From Eledone cirrhosa (lineage: Eukaryota): DNA of 64,000 bases. Position 1 is the stretch's first letter, and the number at the start of each line of letters is the position of its first letter. Below the pieces are notes generated by a model. The model was not told the DNA's origin and did no database searches. It was given only the letters and a program-made list of their open reading frames with translations. The DNA lies in assembly GCA_964016885.1 (NCBI GenBank), contig OZ024749.1:48918001-48982000 (forward strand), read 5' to 3'. The translations under genes and the position numbers were made by a program. Positions 1-13,914 of this stretch are shown piece after piece.

Positions 1-447
1 TGCCACCCCCTCCTCGCCCAAGCCATCCTCTCCTTCATCCACAACCTCAACCACAACCTCTTCTCGTTCCTCAGCTCCACCAAAGCCCGCAAGCTACAAT
101 CACCCCACCCCACCCCCATCCACCACCACCCGCCCATCCCCATACGCCCACCACTCTCCACCTCTCCCCCGACCCACACCCCTACCCAATCTCCACCCTC
201 CACCTCACCCCTCACCACCCCCTCCCTTCCCTCCCCAAACACCCAAACCCCACCCCTTGTTGTCACCATACCCCCTGACCTCCCCCACTCCGCACCTGAG
301 CGCTCACTCCTTAGTAGAGGCCTTCGCTTCATACCCCACACTCCGCACAGCGACGAGTTCCGCACCCGAACGGAAGTCGAGCGATTCGTGCGACGCACTA
401 AGCTACAGGCACATTTCAGCCGAACGCCACCGGCGTTCAAATTTTTC

Positions 448-450
<3 letters not shown>
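1..450 (+). pseudogene. Penelope-like element (PLE) ORF N-terminal fragment, runs off the window start and ends in (TA)n
   Basis: Frame +1 is open from base 1 (not in the ORF track because there is no start codon): ...STKARKLQ..(P/T-rich)..[54 protein letters not shown]. This matches the pre-RT PLE motif E..LL.KGL.F.P...F.RR.RL...F. Confidence 0.7.
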
Positions 451-502
<52 letters not shown>

Positions 503-544
503 TTGTGCGTGTGTGTGTACATACTTAAATTGTATGTATATATG

Positions 545-577
<33 letters not shown>

Positions 578-692
578 AATAAAGAATTTATATCTAGTAA
601 CATATACATACAAATGCATATCGATGCTAGCAAATATATAGGTTTTGTCTTAATAACATTGTGGTTCAATGCATGGGGTTGCAGAACAATAA

Positions 693-975
693 TATAAGAG
701 ACCTAAGATAAGAAAATTATAAAATTAACTTACTTACTAAAATATCACTTCCAACTAATTAGTTTCTGGAATGGAGTAGATACATCTTCCAGTAGATACA
801 AGCTTCCAGTGTCCTCGCTTTGCCTGGAAACTTATATGAGAATTGACTTTCCTGATGACGGGATGTTTCTCTACACCTTCTTCGGAAGATGTATCTACTC
901 CATTCCAGAAACTAATTAGTTGGAAGTGATATTTTAGTAAGTAAGTTAATTTTATAATTTTCTTATCTTACGTCT

Positions 976-981
<6 letters not shown>
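693..981 (+). mobile_element. Short element with ~98-bp inverted arms, adjacent to (TA)n (PLE-type inverted insertion)
   Basis: 693-790 is the reverse complement of 884-981 (one mismatch seen). The spacer contains CTGATGA at 852-858. The right arm runs into (TA)n. Confidence 0.6.
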
Positions 982-1039
<58 letters not shown>

Positions 1040-1393
1040 CGTGTGTGCGTGTGTGTGTGTGTGTGTTGTTTATATATATTTACATAATAATGTTAATAAT
1101 AAGGTACAGTAACGAAGTCTCAATGTAACATCATTATGTTTACTAAAACGTAACGTGCGTTTCACGAGCAATCCACTCTGTTGGATCAGTACGAGGGTGA
1201 CTTGCACTGGAATTGATAGCTCATTAGACTTAACGTTTTCAGAAGTTTGATAATTAAAGTATGTGTAATGTACAAATGTATATCAATATATTCCCAAGTA
1301 TTGTCTATATATATGTATGTCTGTGTATGTGTAAGTGTGTCCGTGCGCATGTGTTAGTTAAGAGGAGCGAAAGCGCGTTGCTTTGTGTTTTTA

Positions 1394-1635
1394 AGGTATT
1401 TGGCTCAAGATCGTAAGGTATTTTATTACAGTTATTTTATTACAAGTATTTTACCTGTAATTCGACAAGCCAGCCATGTCACTTTCTGTGGCAAGCTGAA
1501 TCTCCCTGAGAACTACGTTTCAGGGACCCGTATTTGTGGAATGCTCAATCCCATGCACGTTAATTTCAATAGCAAGTTCTTCTGTTGATCGTATCAACAG
1601 CAATACTCGTCGTCGCAAAAGACGGAGGGCGTCTA
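1394..1635 (+). mobile_element. Degraded SINE-like repeat body
   Basis: Resembles, from recall, a common octopus SINE body (gctgaatctccctgagaactacgtt...tgcacgttaatttca). Partial similarity to 1150-1200. Confidence 0.35.
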
Positions 1636-2258
1636 CTACTAAAATTAAGAGGACCGCAAGAAAATAATTTGAAGGCAATAGCAAACGTTTGAGAACAACA
1701 CGCGTTAAATGGATGTTTATTGATTTTAAGGTGTACGTTTAAACTTTGTTAAGTGACGAGTTGAAGTAGTTTGAAAACTCAGCTGTCTGGAAGATGCGAT
1801 TCGATGAGATAGTGAAAGAAAATGCCAGATGTCCTTCTGATTATTGGAATCATTGATACGCAAAGATATCGATATCTCCGTCTATACACTCATCAGAATG
1901 TACGGTGTTGCTGCCATTGATAAGGTTACTTAGTAACACCACACATACACACACACATTCACAAATATATTTTTATATAGACACACGCACATATATGTAT
2001 ATATAAATATATTTATATAAATACGCAGATGCTTGGTCATACATAAATCACCACATATATGTATATATATATATATATATATATAATTTAATTTGATTCG
2101 CTTGATACAGTAATCTATCTTTCATTTCTGCTTATGTGTGCCAGTCTCTGCAATAATCCATCACGATTTGCAATCTCTCTCCCCGTCTATCTCTCTCCCT
2201 CTCTCTCGTTCTCTCATTCTCGTGCCCCCCCCCCTTCCCTCTCTCTCTCTTTCTCTCT

Positions 2259-2330
<72 letters not shown>

Positions 2331-2590
2331 ACAAATCATAGACAAAACGCCAGCACCAACAGTTTTACAACAGATGTCAACATGAATGGACCTGTTATTT
2401 TTATCTAAAGACATTATTTTTCCAATTCCACACCGCCCGTTCCCTCAATCTATTTTATATTTCATTCTTTCTTCCGATGTAGGACTAGCACCCGAAACAT
2501 TAAGACCGTCTTCCTGCAAATATCAAGTGTTAACCTGATATATACCTTCCGTATAGTGTACCGATTGTGTTGTTATTTCTGATTATCTTT

Positions 2591-2593
<3 letters not shown>
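2331..2593 (+). mobile_element. HHR-bearing PLE-3'-end-like element, family A (decayed copy), between (TA)n arrays
   Basis: Homologous to the reverse complement of 6765-7000. Decayed HHR tctt-CCGATGT-aggactagcacccGAAACATTaaga at 2470-2504. Confidence 0.7.
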
Positions 2594-2636
<43 letters not shown>

Positions 2637-3209
2637 CGCATACATATATATGCCTGTGTGTGTGTGAATACAGGCTATATAGTGAACATAGGCTATGGTT
2701 GTGTGTCCTAGTTTGTTTTATTTTTCCCTTCTTCAGGCTATCATATATCCTTATTAGAGGTATATGTTAAATTTGGAAGAATAACGTCCCCATGTACACA
2801 TCCTGAACTTCTGTGCCTATAAATATAACTGGACCAATGTTAGCAGCACCTATCTGCACTACAGCATTAATACCCCTCGCAATGATATGAGTCGTAGAGT
2901 TTAATTATTTTATGCTTTGGTTGGGAATTTGGTCATATTATAATTAGGATATAACTTGATATATTCGTAATGATCTATGTCTAGTCTAAGCGGCTGATTA
3001 AATCAACTTACTAGTGACTCCTCTCAACAATACGCAACAAGGAATATTTTAATCTACCGAGCTCTTTTATGTGGTAATCAGCTGTGAATTGCTAATTTTC
3101 CGTTAATTAGTAACATATTGGTTTAAACATGACATTGTTTTGTTTTATTTCTCATCCTTTGCCCTTTATTTAATTCTACCACACCGAACATGCTCTTTGA
3201 AATTTACCG

Positions 3210-3270
<61 letters not shown>

Positions 3271-3273
<3 letters not shown>

Positions 3274-3649
3274 TAAAAGGGAAAGAAAATGCTGACAAAT
3301 TGTTCCCAGTGAAAAATAGTTTAATTAGGAATAAGTAAAAATTAGTAATAGTATTGGTTAGTATTCAGTTTTGGTTTTAACTTTTACCGGTTGCGCATTT
3401 CTAATGCTTTTCAAAAATAATTTTCAGATAGAGCGCCCGTGATGTTTGCTCTAATCTGATTAGTTTTGGAAATTCTACCTGTTTTATGTAAAAAAAAGTG
3501 GCTCCAGATGTATGAAAACATTCTTGTGGCCAAAACAATTTTGATTTGACGGTAGAGGTCATGTGAATGTTAAAAATTGATTTTGCGACAAATGTAGGTT
3601 TGTCTCGGCTGATTGAGAAGTCACTGAAAAATAAGGTTTTTCAAGACAA

Positions 3650-3683
<34 letters not shown>

Positions 3684-4175
3684 TAGTAGTAGTAAAGAGC
3701 TTCGTTGTTGTGATAATGGTCAGCAGGGATGTGTGTGCGAATCGCAGCCTGTTGACAGTTCAAATGCCTATTAAGACAAGTCTGTGTGTGTGTGGGGGGG
3801 GGGGTAATTCGTGGTAGAGGGATGGTCAGTAGGAATGTATCTGTACGTGTGTGGGGGATATTTTACATGTTAAAAGATATTTTTCAGTTCTTGTCTTATA
3901 CGGAGAAGTGTGTGTGTGTGTGTGTATATGTCTCTTTGTATGTTAATGTACGCGCGTGTATGTGTGTGTGTATATATATGTGTGTATATGTGTATGTGTG
4001 TGTGTGTGTGAGAATGTGTGTGTGTGTGGGGGTGGACCAGTATTTTTGTGATACTGGTAAAAATGGTGTACATTATTCGATATTTTCAGTAAAAAGTATT
4101 CTGTCAATAGAACATCAAAAACCTTAATAATAAAAGGTGTGAAATGATATATAGTATTACCTCTATTCTTTTAAA
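3271..4175 (-). mobile_element. Decayed PLE-like remnant with U3:A8-type HHR near its 3' end
   Basis: Minus strand reads TTGAAAA-GCATT aga AATGC-GCAACCGGTA-aaag (3381-3416). Scattered peptide traces (KTYIC, SYIW, ELKNIF) recall PLE GIY-YIG and linker regions. Bounded by (TA)n. Confidence 0.4.
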
Positions 4176-4188
4176 TATATATATATAT

Positions 4189-4751
4189 CTATATTTAATA
4201 ATCTCCCTTTCGGTTGAGATTAAATTTGGCGATATATGGCTGCACTTTCTAGCAGCATGCCTACCCGCCGTAAGCGACCAATCACACGCTTTCTCTCTGG
4301 CTGGTACACAGCTACATAGCGATCTTAGCCATTTTTGAATCTAAATTTGGCGCGGTCTGTCTGAGAAATTAAATGTCTATTTCTGAGTTTGTCTCCTGAT
4401 GATTCCTGACTCAAAGCATATCCATATTATTTGGATGTCCTAAACTAGGAAGAAACCATGGTAGAGATATAATTACGGTATGTGCGCATTTCTTCTAAGT
4501 TTAATTTTACTACTAATTACGTGCGGTTGACGGTGTATTTGATCGGATTCTGCATGCTGCCGAAGTGTTTGATAAATGGTGAACGGAGTTAACGCGAACT
4601 AGCTGCGGTCAGTTATTTGTCGGAGATTTCCCCGTTAGAAAATTTATTCTTAAAGCTTGCTAGATTTGATTATGTATATGGTTAATTATGCTGATTAGAA
4701 GAAGAAATAGTATATATTTTAATATCTGATTAATTCTATAGACATGAGTTA

Positions 4752-4754
<3 letters not shown>
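4189..4754 (+). mobile_element. ~565-bp non-coding element between (TA)n runs carrying the 4390 HHR
   Basis: Flanked by TA repeats at ~4175-4188 and 4755-4811. CCAAT box at ~4278. No long ORF. Confidence 0.55.
4390..4469 (+). ncRNA. Type I hammerhead ribozyme with complete canonical core
   Basis: Stem I TGTCTC/GAGATA; core CTGATGA (4396-4402); stem II TTCCT/AGGAA closing an insert with an inner hairpin ATATCCA/TGGATGT; GAAA (4452-4455); stem III palindrome ACCATGGT; cleavage triplet GUA (cut after 4463). Confidence 0.85.
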
Positions 4755-4811
<57 letters not shown>

Positions 4812-4813
<2 letters not shown>

Positions 4814-5445
4814 CTTAATTTACTACTTAAAATTAAGTCTAACAAACCATATAGCTGTAGTTAGTATTTTTTCACCCTAGCTAACCTAGTCCTTACGATT
4901 CGAACACATGTATGTTTATATTAATGTTCATCTCTTGTTTATTCAATTATATTACACGGCTCGGAAAAGCTTTTATCTTAGGGCTATTTAATTGTAAGTG
5001 ACTGCTCCGAGTTTCTAACTCTATTTGTCGGCTCCAACATGTAAAGCTAATTTTAATGTCTTGTGAACCAGACTGCTATTTTTAGCGGCATAGGATTTCG
5101 AGATAAGCTAGGTTCCGGAAACACGTGCGCTATTTCATATCGCACACACTTCAGTCTTCTAATATTTTTAGAAGCGGAAGGATCGCTAATTTCTAAACAA
5201 CTACTGAGGAGCAGAGAAACGTGTTGACTTCACTTAATAAGATGTTGCTAAACAGTTTTCAAAACTGTCTAGTTGTTATTAGGCCTTTGCCTGATATATG
5301 TCTGTTATTTTTCTTAATTTACTACTTAAAATTAAGTCTGACAAACCATATTGCTGTAGTTAGTAATTTTTCACCCTAGCTAACCTAGTCCTTACGATTC
5401 GAACACATGTACGTTTATATTAGTGTTCATCTCTCTCGTTTATTC

Positions 5446-5449
<4 letters not shown>
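4812..5449 (+). mobile_element. Partial-tandem (499-bp period) HHR element, retrozyme- or pLTR-like
   Basis: ~140-bp direct repeats at 4812-4950 and 5311-5449. (TA)n on both sides. One HHR fold at 5196-5277. Confidence 0.7.
5196..5277 (+). ncRNA. Type I hammerhead fold with G12->U substitution (probably inactive)
   Basis: Stem I AACAACTA/TAGTTGTT; core CTGAGGA; stem II GCAG/TTGC; TAAA instead of GAAA (T5249); stem III ACAGTTT/AAACTGT; triplet GUC. Confidence 0.75.
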
Positions 5450-5495
<46 letters not shown>

Positions 5496-6619
5496 TTATA
5501 CTTGGGGAGGGTCATATTTTTTTTTATTATTGCCAGAAATATTAACAGAACACACTCACTGTTTGGTTTGGTTATCGTTTTTTTTTACTTCTGTATCTTT
5601 TATATCGCCATAGTTATTTTATTTGGCAATCAATGTTTATCATTGATTGACCAACGTTTAAAAATATATATATATATATAAACCAATTGCAAATTAAATG
5701 AAGTATTGATACACCATTGCTTATAAATTTCACATCCGTGCTGAAAAGGAGAATTAAAGTGAATTTCTCAAATATTGTTTTGTATTCCGCATCACACAAG
5801 CATTTGTAATTAGATTTTTAATGCATGTTGCATTAACATGGATTTACATATCGTTTTCCTGTTGATAAATTCGGATTTTAATCAGTCACCATACGAAATA
5901 TTTTTCAATATGTTAATTTCCGTGACTACTAATGTATACATTTATGTGTTTTCTTAATAATTGTATCATCGATATTTCGAATCTGAAACGAAGATCATAT
6001 TTCAATAAATGTGTCTTAATAATATCAAATTATATCTGAGATTGTCTCTTTTACTTGCCACTCAATTTAAAAGAATACCTGACAAATTACTATGATTCTG
6101 CTCTCTTTTCCTAAGAATATATGTATATCTAATTATAATTCTGATAATCATTCATTAAAAACTCATTAAAAATATGACAGTGTAATTCCATATTTTACGT
6201 GCAATAACGTGAATTGTGCTATTTCGATTTGTCCAGATTGATACGCATCTTCTCAGTGGATTTAACGTAAGGGTTAAAGTAGATTTCTCATTTTAATGTT
6301 TTCAATCTCTTTTGTTTTTGTTTCTTATAGAAAAAATACAAATAATATACGAGAGGATTTCAGAAGAAAGATATAGCGCTATACATTGGAGGAGGATTTC
6401 CACAGGCAATGTGATAAACAAACAACACAAAATCCAGCGGTCACATAGACGAAAATTATATACAAACGCATGAATATGTTTATGTTATGAAAGTGAGAAT
6501 GAGTGTTTGGGAAATGAAAAAAAAGGGGAAACATATAGTGATGGAAAGATTTTAAACTAATTTCTAATGTGTCAAAGCTGTTATTAAGAATGATCAAAAT
6601 CGGAAAATCTGACCGAATA

Positions 6620-6663
<44 letters not shown>

Positions 6664-6668
6664 TAGAT

Positions 6669-6762
6669 GTAGAAGGAGCAACGTGAAACAAAGTCTTGCC
6701 GAAGAACACACGGCATCGCCCGGTTCAGGAATCGAACTGACAACCTCACGATTGTGAATCCA
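6669..6762 (-). mobile_element. tRNA-derived SINE fragment (second family)
   Basis: Minus strand has B-box GTTCGATTCC followed by gtgttcttcggcaagact, a core-like motif. Confidence 0.6.
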
Positions 6763-6764
6763 AA

Positions 6765-7000
6765 TGTGTAAAAGGTAATCAGAAATAACAACACGATCGG
6801 TATAGTATATGGAAGGGATATATTAGATTAACGCTTGATATAGCAGGAAGAGGGTCTTAACGTTTCGGACGCTAGTCCTTCATCAGAAGAAAGAATGAGA
6901 AATAAGATAGATTGAGGGGACTGGCGGGTTGGAATGTGAAAAAATGTATTTAGATAAAAATAACAGATCCATTCATTTAGACATCTCTTGCAAAATCAAA
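6765..7000 (-). mobile_element. HHR-bearing element, family A, with intact minimal HHR
   Basis: Minus strand 6855-6890 reads TCTT-CTGATGA-A-GGAC TAGC GTCC-GAAACGTT-AAGA. Homologous to 2331-2593. Confidence 0.75.
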
Positions 7001-7066
7001 TATATACACATATGTATGTATGTTTGTATGTATGTGTGCGTGTATATTTGTATGTATGTATGCTTG

Positions 7067-7122
<56 letters not shown>

Positions 7123-7210
7123 AAGAGAGAGAGAGAGAGACAGAGATAGAGAGAGAGAGAGAGTCAGAGAGAGGGAGAGAGAGAGAATGAGGGAGATAAC
7201 TGGGTTAACT

Positions 7211-7271
<61 letters not shown>

Positions 7272-7554
7272 TGCTTGTTCTTAGAGCTTGTAGCTCTATT
7301 TGTTTAAGGTCAATGGTTGGAGCATAGTAACTAATAATTTGAATACAATGATTTTAAGCGGTTACTGCTGTACCTCTTCAAGCTATGAGCAAGATGGTGA
7401 TTTGCGTATCACGCCGGGATGATATCAGTGATCTCACTTGCCCTAAAAAGAGATAGCGACAACTGCACGCCGTATCTCTGAGTCGATACTTGCAATCTAC
7501 GTAATGGATACACAGTACTAAAATTTATCAATGGCTTTCTAAGAAATATAAATG

Positions 7555-7636
<82 letters not shown>

Positions 7637-7664
7637 CATATAGTTACATAATATATGGTTATAT

Positions 7665-7736
<72 letters not shown>

Positions 7737-7973
7737 GCGTGTGTGTGTGTGTGTACGTGTGTATAATAGAGAAATAAAATGAGCAATAGTAGATAGATGT
7801 AGTTAAATTGATTACGGATAATGTACCGATCGAGTTTCATATTGGATGAAAGATAACTGTATTGCAAATATATACACGTATGTATGTATGTATGTATTAT
7901 GTATACATGTATGTATATATGTATTTATGTAAGTTTGAAACTGATAGACAAAAGTACACATTGTGAGAGAGAG

Positions 7974-8056
<83 letters not shown>

Positions 8057-8073
8057 TTATATATATATATTTA

Positions 8074-8111
<38 letters not shown>

Positions 8112-8138
8112 CATACATACATATATGTGTGTGTGTGT

Positions 8139-8200
<62 letters not shown>

Positions 8201-8455
8201 TTAGTAGATAAATTGATTAAGGATAAGAAACAAAGAATATATAGATCGTGTAGAAAGAGCAACAAAAAATAAAATAGAAATTCGTTGAATCGAGTTCTGT
8301 GAAGCAATTACACTTCTATGGAATCATCAACATTGGTTTGAAGTTAAATTACCATTCGCCGCCAACGATTCAAGCTGTATCGTTTCTATATAGATTCCTA
8401 GGTAGACATTTTCAGAAGTATACATACACAACGAGGTATATATAAACATCGAAAG

Positions 8456-9112
<657 letters not shown>

Positions 9113-9435
9113 ATTGTTTTTTGTTGTATATGTTATGTTTTATGTTGGTGTTAGAGAGAGAGAGTACGGATTGGGGGTAGAGGTAGGGTGAATGAGGTGA
9201 ATATAATATCGATCAGGTTAGAAGGAGAGCAAGACAGATATTTCCTTAATCTTTTGAGAAGACTCTGAGAGGTTTGTCTGTTAGTGAAGGTGAGAGATCT
9301 AAGCAGTACTTCAAACATCACCAACAACATCAACGAGGATCACTACAGTTAGGAAATAGATACAACGTTAAATCTGTAACAACTAGAACAACCGCAGTAA
9401 CAATAATTGTAAGATAATAACAAGAAAATTCTACA

Positions 9436-9438
<3 letters not shown>

Positions 9439-9531
<93 letters not shown>

Positions 9532-9580
9532 GCTGCTGCTATTACTACTACTACTATTACTACTACTACTACTGCTACTA
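9439..9580. repeat. (TAC)n microsatellite
   Basis: Direct reading. Confidence 0.95.
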
Positions 9581-10065
9581 ATGATGATAATAATAAAAAA
9601 TAATAATAACGATAATGATAATAAAAACAATATCCATGTTAATTCTACTAATGCTAATACTAGAGTTGCTTCGTTCATCAACCCGAAGCCATCATCGATT
9701 ATCGAAATCCAGTTCATTGCAACATACACGCTACCTCTGTTCTGTGCCATTTAAAACATCAATGCGCTATTTTCTCTGCTAATCAGTGAAGCTAGTGGCA
9801 CTACGTATGTATTACACAATGAGAATCATAAAGGTGAAGAGTAGACATTTTGTTATTTTTACGCTTCCTCCCACCTCAGATACAGCAAATATGTCAGTGC
9901 ACACATTTTAGAAAATAACGGAATAAAATATATCGTAATCTCCCTAGTGACTCGTTCCTTTACTTAAAAGTTCGATTCACTTATGCATGCATACATTTAT
10001 TGTAATGAAAAATAATCTAGTTTACCCAAGAAGACATGTATGTATATATATATATATATATATAC

Positions 10066-10148
<83 letters not shown>

Positions 10149-10187
10149 AATATATATATATATATACAAATATATATATATATATAT

Positions 10188-10223
<36 letters not shown>

Positions 10224-10359
10224 GTATATATATATGTATATATATACATATATATGTGTATATATATGTATATATATGTATATATATACATAGATACACT
10301 TTCTCTCTCTCTGTATATATATATATGTATATATATATATATACAAATATATCTATATA

Positions 10360-10433
<74 letters not shown>

Positions 10434-13400
10434 TATATGTGTGTGTGTGTGTGCATGCGTGGATGTAAAGAAAAAAGATGTTGGCTATAGTTCCACAACG
10501 TAATGGTATAGATAGCTGAAAGTATAACCACCTCATACCATATTATCAAAGGTGCTCGGCACTGCTGGATGCAGTAATACTGTCGGAAGTTGCACAAATC
10601 ATTGTGATCTCCAGTCGACAGCTGATGAAAGCGGGCTATCATCACACTGAATAGGATAGATCACACGTAGATTAGATAACAGAACATTTTTTCTATTTAT
10701 ATGTCCTGACCGATATTATGTGTTAGAACGTCAAAACTACTAGGGGGTATTTTATGAATTTAGTTGCTTGTTACTCGTATTTTGTTGTTGTTGTTGTTGT
10801 TGTTTTATACACAGATGTTTAAATCTTAAATACCTCAAACGTGTATTATATGAGGAAAATCGGAGCGTATCTTTTGATTACTAAACCTTTCACGTTCTGA
10901 TGTTGCAAACTTTTTGTGGTTGCGTGACTAGTTAGAAATATTAAGCAACATCTACTGAAAGCAGGGGTGTTGAGGTCACGACAATTAATATAATCCTTGT
11001 TGAGAATTACAGGATTATAGATTAGAAAATGGTTGGTTGCCCCAGCAATTATTTGTTGCTTCCCTATTTCCCTATTGCCGTTGGGAAATTGTGTGTTCTG
11101 CTTGGTTAATTGTGGGCGGGTCGAGTGATTATCCTTGTCAGCTTAAGAAAACATGGCCATTAAGTTACCAAGTAATTTTCAATTGAGTGAGATGGTTTTA
11201 ATTTTTATTATTATTTGTTTTCTTGTTTAGGTTTATTTATGTTTTCTTATTTTTACGAGCGACGTGATAAATCGAACGTAATACCAAAAGCTCACACAGA
11301 AGTTGTACCAGCAACAGGTAATAACTCATATGACAAGCAGTTTTGTATAAACAACTTTTTCCTTTCCTTTTTTTTTTCAGTAAATGCCTAACTTTACATT
11401 GACATCGTATTCATTATCGTTATGCAGCAACACACAGTGAGAAGGGACGCCACAACTTAGATTACATATAATTTACAGCTAGTAGGAATTTATGTGAAAT
11501 CTTCACGCTATATTTCAATGTGTTTTCTTTTTTTAAAGATTTGTGTAAAAAAACTGTCTTTTTATATTGCTAAGGAAACTTATTTTAGTCTTTCTCTCAC
11601 ATTGCTAATGGCATCTCTTCGCAACGTAGCAATATCGACGTCATTGTTTGCACTACTAACAACAATGTTAGTCAGGTTAATCACAGCAAGAAACTGTAGA
11701 ATTAACGGTATCGTTAAGAAATGTATTCTCAATGAAGACGCTGATTAAATAACACAAGACCACGCAGGATTGAAGATGAACATACTATAAACACTTTCGA
11801 TATTACCGATGATCTCTTTTATAGTGAAAGCATGGAATCTATGTTTCGTTTTAACACGACATATTATATACGGTTACGAATTTATTTAAAACATCCTCCT
11901 TTGCTTTAATCGTATCCAGACATTTGTTATTGATTAGCATGATGTTATATAAAAAGAAATAATGTATTGCTGTTGGCAATAACAACACCAACAACGGTCT
12001 ACGCAACCATAACAGCACTCGACAATCCGTGTCATAGGCACCGCAGTAAAAGCCTAACGTTTGTTTTCCCGACAGCTGACCAGCACTGTCAGAATCCGTT
12101 AGTCATTACAGCTATGTAACAACATATAATCAAATGATCGTAATTATTGACAGTGCATGGAAGAACAGCCAGCAGCAGAGCCACTTTTTTTACACACATG
12201 GACATTATCTGCATGAACAGAACGTTATAAAATGAGAAGAGTATGATTAATTTCGAACAACGTTAATGTGTTCACCTCGTACTTTATTTCATTAAGGAAT
12301 TATTTTTTGTTTCATAGATTTCAGAGATTCTAAATATGCCACCTGGGATTTTAGTTAGGTTTACCGTGAATGAAATATTAATGAATTAATGATTCACCAC
12401 GCACATCCCTCAGTCCATCCTCTCCGACTTTGTCTTGTGAATTCATATCACTGGTGAATTTGACAATTTTCTCCGTCCTGTCCGTTTTTCAATATGCAAA
12501 ACACCACTGGCCAGGAACATTAATGTTTTTTGTTTTCTCTTTTTTATATGACATCTTCCTAACAGATAGGAGGCAAGGAGGAAACTGCTATGATCATTGA
12601 GAAGAACGGGGACACATTCTAAACATTGAGGGACTATTCGTCTCCATAGGATGAATAATTGAGTGGCGTTTAATTATAAAGCTATACATTAACGGCAATT
12701 AACTGTTAAGGAACTTCCATCGTATTGGTTGCAAAATTAAGTAACGTATCCCAAAAGGTTTATGTATAAGAATACAACATTGTTACACAAGTTTCCAAGG
12801 ATGTAATTATTGAAGGATATGATAATGATTGATATTATTGTCAATCTGAAGACCTTAATTTTGTTTTTTCTTATTATTTTAATTAGCCAGAGAATGACAG
12901 CAAAACATATTAACTTGCCAGGCCTGTGGAGGAAGAAGGAAGAAGTAACATCAACTGATGAAGAAAGAAACACTACATGAAATTATTAAGTCACCCAGAT
13001 AAAATTGTTTTAAACATGAAGGACTCAGTTAACTGGACCTAAAACAAGGTGGTGATGGTAAATGTGATGATAGAGTAGATAACATAGATCACCTCTGCAT
13101 AATACCACTTAACAATATCTTATTTAATGGAAAAATATTATAAATGTGTACATGACTTAAATCATTTATATTTGTATACATTATAGTACATACAGACAGA
13201 TAGATTTCTGTTAATATATATCCATTAGTACATCCTAGAATTCACCCTTTACAAATAACACCACTATACTGTAGAAATAACCTATTAGTACTCCACCTTA
13301 ACACACCACGCTAGAATTACGAAGACAGAAAAAATAAAAGAAACATCAAAAGAATGAAAGAATGTAAGCTCAGATATTTCTTCGAAAACTTGCTAGAAGA

Positions 13401-13806
13401 TAATGTTTTATCATTTTCTCGTACTGAGATTTCGAGGTTACGTCTGTTTTAGTCATTTGCACATATAACATAAGCTATATTGCATTTTCCATTCCTATTT
13501 TCTCTGAATATATAAAGAAATTCCACAAACATAGCGTAAAGTCTTCTATTCTCTAACTAAAAATATAATGCGCTTTTCTCATTAATCTGTAACACGTTGC
13601 ATGTCATGATTTTCTTGTGTGTTTTTAGCTTCTGAAAATATTGTATAAACAAGAAACCATCTGGGAAGAAGTACATATATCTAAATATATCTATATTTCT
13701 AAGAGAGCATATGTCAATGTGCGTCTGTCTAATTATATATATAAATATATATACATATATATATATATGTATATATATATATGCATATATGTATATATAT
13801 AATATA

Positions 13807-13914
<108 letters not shown>

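Noticed and set aside
1860-1900. Minus-strand CTGATGA...GGAGATATCGATATC as an HHR
   Set aside because: GAAA is broken and stem I does not pair; at most a decayed relic.
12955-12975. CTGATGA AGAAA GAAAC (similar lone CTGATGA at 10622 and 43500)
   Set aside because: No stems support a fold; expected by chance.
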